64,000 nt of DNA from Acidimicrobiia bacterium. GTDB taxonomy: Bacteria > Actinomycetota > Acidimicrobiia > Acidimicrobiales > VFJN01. The stretch spans positions 189-64,188 of the forward strand of contig SHVB01000016.1 of assembly GCA_009694375.1 (NCBI GenBank). The letters run 5' to 3'. The position numbers and the translations under genes were made by a program. Below the pieces are notes generated by a model. That model was given only the letters and a program-made list of their open reading frames with translations. It ran no database searches and was not told where the DNA came from. This document shows, in pieces, positions 58,833 through 64,000 of this stretch. Position 1 is the first letter of the stretch. Every line of letters starts with the position of its first letter.

Positions 58833-61220
58833 GTGGGAACCCTCCTGGTGTTTGGACTAGGCCTCAGCTACCACTGCGCGTTGGCGGCTGGGACAGCGAT
58901 GGCGGGGTTTTGTCGCCACGTTCATCGCGCTGGCATTGCTGGATCGGCGGTGATTCGGGCCATTGGGGGCGAAGCGGCCGAGTGGCTTGCCGCTTCCGAA
59001 CTTGGCAAACTCTCGACCGTGGACCTTGGCGAACAACTCCGTTATGCCTTTGAGCATGGGAAATCTGGGGTCGCCGTGGTCAATATCGACGGGTCGATTC
59101 GGGAACTCAATGCCTGGGCCGCCGGGCTAACCGGGATAAAACCGGAGAGCGGACCGGAGTTGGGGTCAGAGGTCATCGATCTCGTCCATCCAGAAGACGT
59201 GGAACTATGTTTGACGGCGCTGGCCGACGTGCTCGTTACCGGATCGGCTGGGCCGGTCGAGTTCCGAATACGAGAAACGGGTGGCACCTGGCGGTGGATT
59301 CAGGCTCGGGCCACTCATATCCCCGATCCGGTAGATCCGGTCGTGCATCTGACGCTGGACGATGTGACAGCGGTGCGCTCCACGATCAGCCAGTTGGCTC
59401 AGGCGCACCACCAGCAATCCTTGGTGGCCGGTCTCGGTGATGACGCATTGGGTGGACTGGCCGTCAAGAGCTTGATTGACCGTGCCCTGGAGGCCATCAC
59501 GGCCAACTTGAGCGTTGCGTTTGTTGGGGTCCTTCTCGACGATGGCCATCCCGATGGTCTGCTTCTGGTAGCGGCCCGCGGGGCTTTGGAGGACGGGGTC
59601 GGGACGTACCGACGGCCGCGGGCTCACTCGGTCGTGTCTCAGCCGCTGGAGGACCGCGGACTGCTGGTTACGGGAAACCTGGCTACCGAAACCCGGTGGG
59701 GGCCGCCAGAGCAGAATCCGTTGGTGGGGGAGGGGATCGTTTCGGTGGCCGGAGCCGTGATCGAAACCCGGACCGGGCCACCGGGATTGATAACGATTGG
59801 CGCAACGGTTGCCGACTTTTTCGGTTCTGAGGACCTGGCTTTTCTAGAGGCAGTGAGCAACGTGTTGGCGAGCGCGATCGATGCCGATCACACCCTGCAA
59901 GATGTCCGCCACAACTCGTTGCACGACTCGCTCAGTGGGTTACCGAATCGCGTGTTGGTACTTGACCGCCTCCAACAGGCGCTCGCCCAGGCTTCCCGTC
60001 GGGGTACCCAAGTAGCCGTACTCGTGTGCGACATCGATCAGTTCAAGTTTGTGAATGACGGAATGGGTCACGCCGCCGGCGACGCCGTTCTGCGCGTCGT
60101 GGCGAATCGATTAAGCGATGAGGTACGTCCGGGGGACACCGTGGGCCGCATGGGGGGTGATGAGTTTGTCGTCGTGTGTCCCAATATCAGTGATGTGGAT
60201 GCGGTGGTTGCCATCGCTAAGCGACTGGCAGCATCGGTCAGTGAGACTACGAGCGTGCTCGGTTCTCCGATCGCGGTGACGGTGAGCGTCGGTATCGCCA
60301 TCGCTGCTGCCGACAACGAGAGCGAGATGGAAGTAGTGGCGACCGAACTTCTCCGAGACGCGGATGCGGCGATGTATCACGCGAAAGCGGAGGGCCGTAA
60401 CCGATACAGACTGTTTGACGACGAGATGCGCACCTCGGCCACTCGGCGCATCAATCTATCGAGCGAGCTGCGACAGGCGATGAGCAACGACGAGTTGGTG
60501 TTGCACTACCAACCGGTTCTTTCCATCGAAGAGCCCGAATCGGTCGTGGGGGTCGAGGCCCTCGTGCGCTGGCAGCATCCTCAGCGCGGTTTGTTGGGCC
60601 CGGGGATGTTCCTGAACGTCGCTCGCGACATGGGGCTGTTGGGGGACTTGGGAGCGTGGGTGCTTAGCGAAGCGGCGATGAAAGCGGCGTCGTGGGTGGA
60701 GGCGGGGTGGTGGGGCCAGCGGTGGGTGGCGATCAATCTGGCTCCAGTTCAGGTGGTGGATCCGGAACTAACCGTTCTGATCGATCAGGTGTTGGAGGTG
60801 TCAGGGATCGACCCCTGCCTGCTTCGGTTTGAGTTGACCGAGGACGCCTTGGTGAGCAAGTCCGCCCTGACGCAGAGCATCCTCGAATGGATTCGCCGGC
60901 GGGGTATGGGCATCAGTGTGGACGACTTCGGTACGGGCTACTCGTCGCTGGCCTACCTGAAGCGGCTGCCAGTCGACATGTTGAAGCTCGACCAGAGTTT
61001 CGTGCGCGGGTTCGGCCAGGATGCCGACGACACGGCGATCGCGACAGCGGTGGTGGCCATGGGTGGGGCTCTGGGATTGCAAGTGATAGCCGAGGGGGTT
61101 GAAACCCCTCGGGAACTAGAGCTGCTTCGAGAGTTGGGGTTTGGGATGGCCCAGGGGTTCCTGTTCACCCCGGCCTTACCCGCTGAGCAGCTGCGATCAT
61201 GGATCCTGGCCCGAGAGTGA
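58833..61220 (+). CDS. PAS-GAF-GGDEF-EAL signalling protein (c-di-GMP turnover)
   Basis: PAS: GVAVVNIDGSIRELN. GGDEF: RMGGDEFVVV. EAL: VEALVRW, DDFGTGYSSL and EGVE. Start uncertain (GTG at 58833 or downstream). Confidence 0.85.
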   Translation: MGTLLVFGLGLSYHCALAAGTAMAGFCRHVHRAGIAGSAVIRAIGGEAAEWLAASELGKLSTVDLGEQLRYAFEHGKSGVAVVNIDGSIRELNAWAAGLTGIKPESGPELGSEVIDLVHPEDVELCLTALADVLVTGSAGPVEFRIRETGGTWRWIQARATHIPDPVDPVVHLTLDDVTAVRSTISQLAQAHHQQSLVAGLGDDALGGLAVKSLIDRALEAITANLSVAFVGVLLDDGHPDGLLLVAARGALEDGVGTYRRPRAHSVVSQPLEDRGLLVTGNLATETRWGPPEQNPLVGEGIVSVAGAVIETRTGPPGLITIGATVADFFGSEDLAFLEAVSNVLASAIDADHTLQDVRHNSLHDSLSGLPNRVLVLDRLQQALAQASRRGTQVAVLVCDIDQFKFVNDGMGHAAGDAVLRVVANRLSDEVRPGDTVGRMGGDEFVVVCPNISDVDAVVAIAKRLAASVSETTSVLGSPIAVTVSVGIAIAAADNESEMEVVATELLRDADAAMYHAKAEGRNRYRLFDDEMRTSATRRINLSSELRQAMSNDELVLHYQPVLSIEEPESVVGVEALVRWQHPQRGLLGPGMFLNVARDMGLLGDLGAWVLSEAAMKAASWVEAGWWGQRWVAINLAPVQVVDPELTVLIDQVLEVSGIDPCLLRFELTEDALVSKSALTQSILEWIRRRGMGISVDDFGTGYSSLAYLKRLPVDMLKLDQSFVRGFGQDADDTAIATAVVAMGGALGLQVIAEGVETPRELELLRELGFGMAQGFLFTPALPAEQLRSWILARE

Positions 61221-61299
61221 GGGTGGCGCGGAGCATCTGGTGCGATGGAAGATGGGGGGACTTCAACCAAAGCTTCGATACCAGATGTAAGGGAGCGCC

Positions 61300-62514
61300 A
61301 TGACAGAGATCAACGGTGAGTGCAAGCCGGGGTTCGAGGCAGTGGCGGAAGCCTTTGCCCTTAACTTCGCTGAGCATGGGGAAATAGGGGCGGGCACGGC
61401 GGTCTATGTCGGTGGGGAGAAGGTCGTAGACCTTTGGGGCGGTGTTGCCGACGAGGAGTCTGGCACTCCTTACACCGCCGACACGCTGCAGTTGGTGTTC
61501 TCCACCACCAAGGGCGCCACCGCCGCCTGCGCCAACCTGCTTGCCCAACGAGGTGAGCTCGATATCGACGCCCCGGTGGCTGAGTACTGGCCCGAGTTCA
61601 AAGCCGCCGGGAAGGAAAACATCCCGGTTCGCTGGCTCCTTACCCACCAGGCGGGGCTGCCTTATGTCGATGCCGTGCTCACCCTCGAGGAGGCCCTGGC
61701 CTGGGAGCCGATGATTCGTGCCCTCGAGCGCCAAGCCCCGGCGTGGGAGCCCGGCACGGCCCACGGCTATCACGCGACCACCTTTGGGTGGCTCGTCGGG
61801 GAGGTGGTGAAGCGGATTTCGGGAAAAAGTCTCGGCACTTTTTTCCACGATGAGTTTGCTGTTCCCCTCGACCTGGAGTTCTGGATCGGTCTCCCGGATG
61901 AGCAGCAGCACCGTGTTGCGCCCCTGCTCCAATGGGATGTCTTCGGCGGATCGGGTGATGGCGATGGTGCGGAATTGGACCCCGCGCTGGCCGCGGTCAT
62001 TGCGCAGTTCATGGGTCCAGACACCATGCTGGGGAAGGCCCTGACCGCACCCAGTGGGGTGCTGGCCACCGCTGAAGGAGGGTTTAACAACCCGGCGGTG
62101 CGCGCCGCGGAGATCCCCGCCGCCAACGGCGTCACCAATGCTCGATCACTGGCCCGCTTCTACGCCGGCCTCACCGGCCCGCTGGCGGGAGGCCCGTCGC
62201 AAGCGATACTCGGACCGGAACAGGTTGCCAAGGCCTCCGAGCGGCAGACATTCGGATCCGATAAATGTCTGATGTTCGAGACCACGTTGGGTCTCGGGTT
62301 CTTCGTGGCGTCACCGTTTGCTCTTTACGGGGGACCAAAGGCCTTCGGCCATGCCGGGGCCGGGGGTTCAGTGGGTTTCACGGATCCGGAGAACGCCATT
62401 GGCTTCGGGTATGTGATGAACAAGATGAGCATGAGCCTCAATGGCGACCCCCGGTCGGGGGGTCTCGTGAAGGCGGTGTACGAATCCATCGGGGTTGAGC
62501 CCACCTACGCGTGA
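61300..62514 (+). CDS. serine hydrolase, beta-lactamase/esterase (class C-like) family
   Basis: S-x-x-K motif FSTTKG, and a later HAGAGGS (KTG-equivalent) region. Confidence 0.8.
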   Translation: MTEINGECKPGFEAVAEAFALNFAEHGEIGAGTAVYVGGEKVVDLWGGVADEESGTPYTADTLQLVFSTTKGATAACANLLAQRGELDIDAPVAEYWPEFKAAGKENIPVRWLLTHQAGLPYVDAVLTLEEALAWEPMIRALERQAPAWEPGTAHGYHATTFGWLVGEVVKRISGKSLGTFFHDEFAVPLDLEFWIGLPDEQQHRVAPLLQWDVFGGSGDGDGAELDPALAAVIAQFMGPDTMLGKALTAPSGVLATAEGGFNNPAVRAAEIPAANGVTNARSLARFYAGLTGPLAGGPSQAILGPEQVAKASERQTFGSDKCLMFETTLGLGFFVASPFALYGGPKAFGHAGAGGSVGFTDPENAIGFGYVMNKMSMSLNGDPRSGGLVKAVYESIGVEPTYA

Positions 62515-63008
62515 GGGTGGCCGAGGAGTTAGTTGACCTCGTTGATACGGATGATCGCGTCCTTGAGGTGGTGACGAGGAGCGAAATGCGAGCTCGCGGT
62601 GAAGAGGCGCGTCACCGGGCTTGCTACGTGGTCGTGCTGAACGCGGCCGACGAATTAGTGGTGCATCGGCGGGCAGATTGGAAAGACGTGTACCCCGGGT
62701 GGTGGGACATTTGTTTTGGTGGGGTGCTGGGGGCCGGGGAGGCCTGGGACGAGGCGGCCCATCGCGAACTCCTTGAGGAAGCTGGGGTGGCAGCGTCGCT
62801 GGAGTTGTTGGGAATCAATCGGTGGGAGGCCCCGGGCGTTCGGCTGAATGCCCGGGTCTATCTGGCTCGCGTCGATGGGCCCTTTACCTGTCCTGATGGC
62901 GAGGTGGTGGAGGTGGCCACCGTGCCGCGACCCGGCTGGGACCGCTGGCTGGCGGCGCACGATGTGTGTCCCGATTCACTCGATCTCGTGTTGCCTCTCC
63001 TGCGGTAA
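62511..63008 (+). CDS. NUDIX hydrolase
   Basis: Complete Nudix box GVLGAGEAWDEAAHRELLEEAGV. GTGA overlap with the upstream gene. Confidence 0.8.
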   Translation: MRVAEELVDLVDTDDRVLEVVTRSEMRARGEEARHRACYVVVLNAADELVVHRRADWKDVYPGWWDICFGGVLGAGEAWDEAAHRELLEEAGVAASLELLGINRWEAPGVRLNARVYLARVDGPFTCPDGEVVEVATVPRPGWDRWLAAHDVCPDSLDLVLPLLR

Positions 63009-63026
63009 TCCCCCCGCCGGAGGGGC

Positions 63027-64000
63027 TCAGCCCTTGGCGGCGGGCGACCCGGGCCAGGCCGGGTAGTCGGGCAGGGCTTCGCCCGGGGGAACGGTGGTGT
63101 ACAAGGTGACGGCCCCTTCCTTCTCAAACAGGGGGAGGGGATCAGTGGGCCACTCGCCGGGCAGGTACCGGGTGCCCCCGTCGACATAGGTGATCATGCC
63201 TATCCCAGGATTACCAGGCTCGTCCTCCCCGGTGGCGACAGGATCCCACCAGATCACCCCGGCATCGTCGCTGGAATTGTGGTCGGGGCGGCCCCAGAGG
63301 GTATCGCCCCAGGACACGTGGGTGTAGGTCTTGCCGCCCGCGTTGGGCGGGTACCGAAACAGCCCTTGCTCGAATGAGGTGGGGGTGAGGTTGGCCCCGG
63401 CGAGATGGATGCCGAGCATGAGTTGGGCCGGCCCCGGGAGGATGACGTCGACGGTGTTCACCGGGGCTTTCTTGCCGTAGTACCACTCGTAGAGCCCGAA
63501 GGCATCGGAGAGATCATTGTCGGCCCGGGCCGGCGGTAGGGAGATACCAAAGGCATGCGCCCACTGCTCTTGGTCGAATGTCCGACCGAAGATGGTGGTG
63601 TCAGCCAACACCGAAGGGCCGATCACCCACTCCGGGAAGTACCCCTGTTTGGTGGCCTCCCGGGTGATCGTGGCCGGGATCAACGGGTCCACGCTCAGCA
63701 GCACTGTGGTAACTCCCGCGTCTTTCATGCGGGTCACCACGCTGGTGGCTGTCTCCTGGGCGGCGGCGAGATCGAAGAGGTACGTGGATCGAGTAGTGAC
63801 CTTGCCGCCGTAGTCCTTCTCCAGGAGGCGGTCGAATTCGTCGTTGCGGGCTTTGTACTCGCCGGTCTCGGTTTCGGCCTGAATCCAACCGAACACCCGC
63901 TCCTTCTTCTGCAGGGCTGTATCGCCGGCGTATTTGGCCGGCTTGCCGACGAGTTGCTTGCCCACCAGTTCGAGGAGGTGCTGATCGGCTTGCTCCGGCG
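63027..64000 (-). CDS. ABC-transporter solute-binding protein (type I periplasmic-binding fold), 5' end outside the window
   Basis: The ORF is open to the window edge. VTTVLLSVDPLIPATITREATKQGYFPEWVIG resembles LivK-like binding proteins. Confidence 0.5.
   Translation of the reverse strand, partial: PEQADQHLLELVGKQLVGKPAKYAGDTALQKKERVFGWIQAETETGEYKARNDEFDRLLEKDYGGKVTTRSTYLFDLAAAQETATSVVTRMKDAGVTTVLLSVDPLIPATITREATKQGYFPEWVIGPSVLADTTIFGRTFDQEQWAHAFGISLPPARADNDLSDAFGLYEWYYGKKAPVNTVDVILPGPAQLMLGIHLAGANLTPTSFEQGLFRYPPNAGGKTYTHVSWGDTLWGRPDHNSSDDAGVIWWDPVATGEDEPGNPGIGMITYVDGGTRYLPGEWPTDPLPLFEKEGAVTLYTTVPPGEALPDYPAWPGSPAAKG

Noticed and set aside
58622-59053. 143-aa plus-strand ORF upstream of or overlapping the GGDEF-EAL gene
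   Set aside because: It is in a different frame from the signalling protein. The product is low-complexity without motifs, so it is probably spurious.

Overview
This window is the replication-origin region of a high-GC, Actinomycetota-type chromosome. The core gene order matches the region around oriC in Mycobacterium tuberculosis. On the minus strand it runs rpmH-rnpA-yidD-yidC-jag-rsmG-[parS gap]-parA-parB. On the plus strand it runs dnaA-dnaN-recF-DUF721(DciA-like)-gyrB-gyrA-DUF3566-tRNA-Ile. Upstream of that core are trxB/trxA, an ECF sigma/anti-sigma pair, a Ser/Thr kinase, DegV, a DUF6049 protein, cca, ino1/PadR, ponA, the rpsF-ssb-rpsR-rplI-dnaB cluster, panB and arfB.

The features I can support directly from the sequence are:
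- a class-1 intein inside the DnaB Walker A loop;
- three near-perfect parS palindromes in an 874-bp gene-free gap between parA and rsmG;
- DnaA-box clusters on both sides of dnaA, plus an AT-rich (CTA)n element just before dnaN;
- an integrase-less insertion of about 3.2 kb into the 3' half of tRNA-Ile(GAT), bounded by a 60-bp direct repeat with a 39-bp exact core.

The tRNA-Ile insertion carries a divergent sigma-70-family gene, a CX5R phosphatase, a 35-codon micro-ORF and a large orphan ORF of about 486 aa. I rate it the best candidate for an undescribed system in the window.

Right of the insertion is an accessory-looking block. It holds two paralogous Asp-box (BNR) double-propeller exported proteins with an identical predicted mature N-terminus (HTPHD). 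They bracket a small ORF, a saccharopine-dehydrogenase-like gene and a P450. Housekeeping and metabolic genes follow: DUF3105, a DinB-like protein, corA, an IMPase, gabD, a PAS-GAF-GGDEF-EAL protein, a serine hydrolase, a Nudix hydrolase and a partial solute-binding protein.

I saw no rRNA, CRISPR array, transposase or integrase. Many long ORFs in the six-frame track are antisense or alternative-frame artefacts typical of high-GC DNA, and I did not call them.
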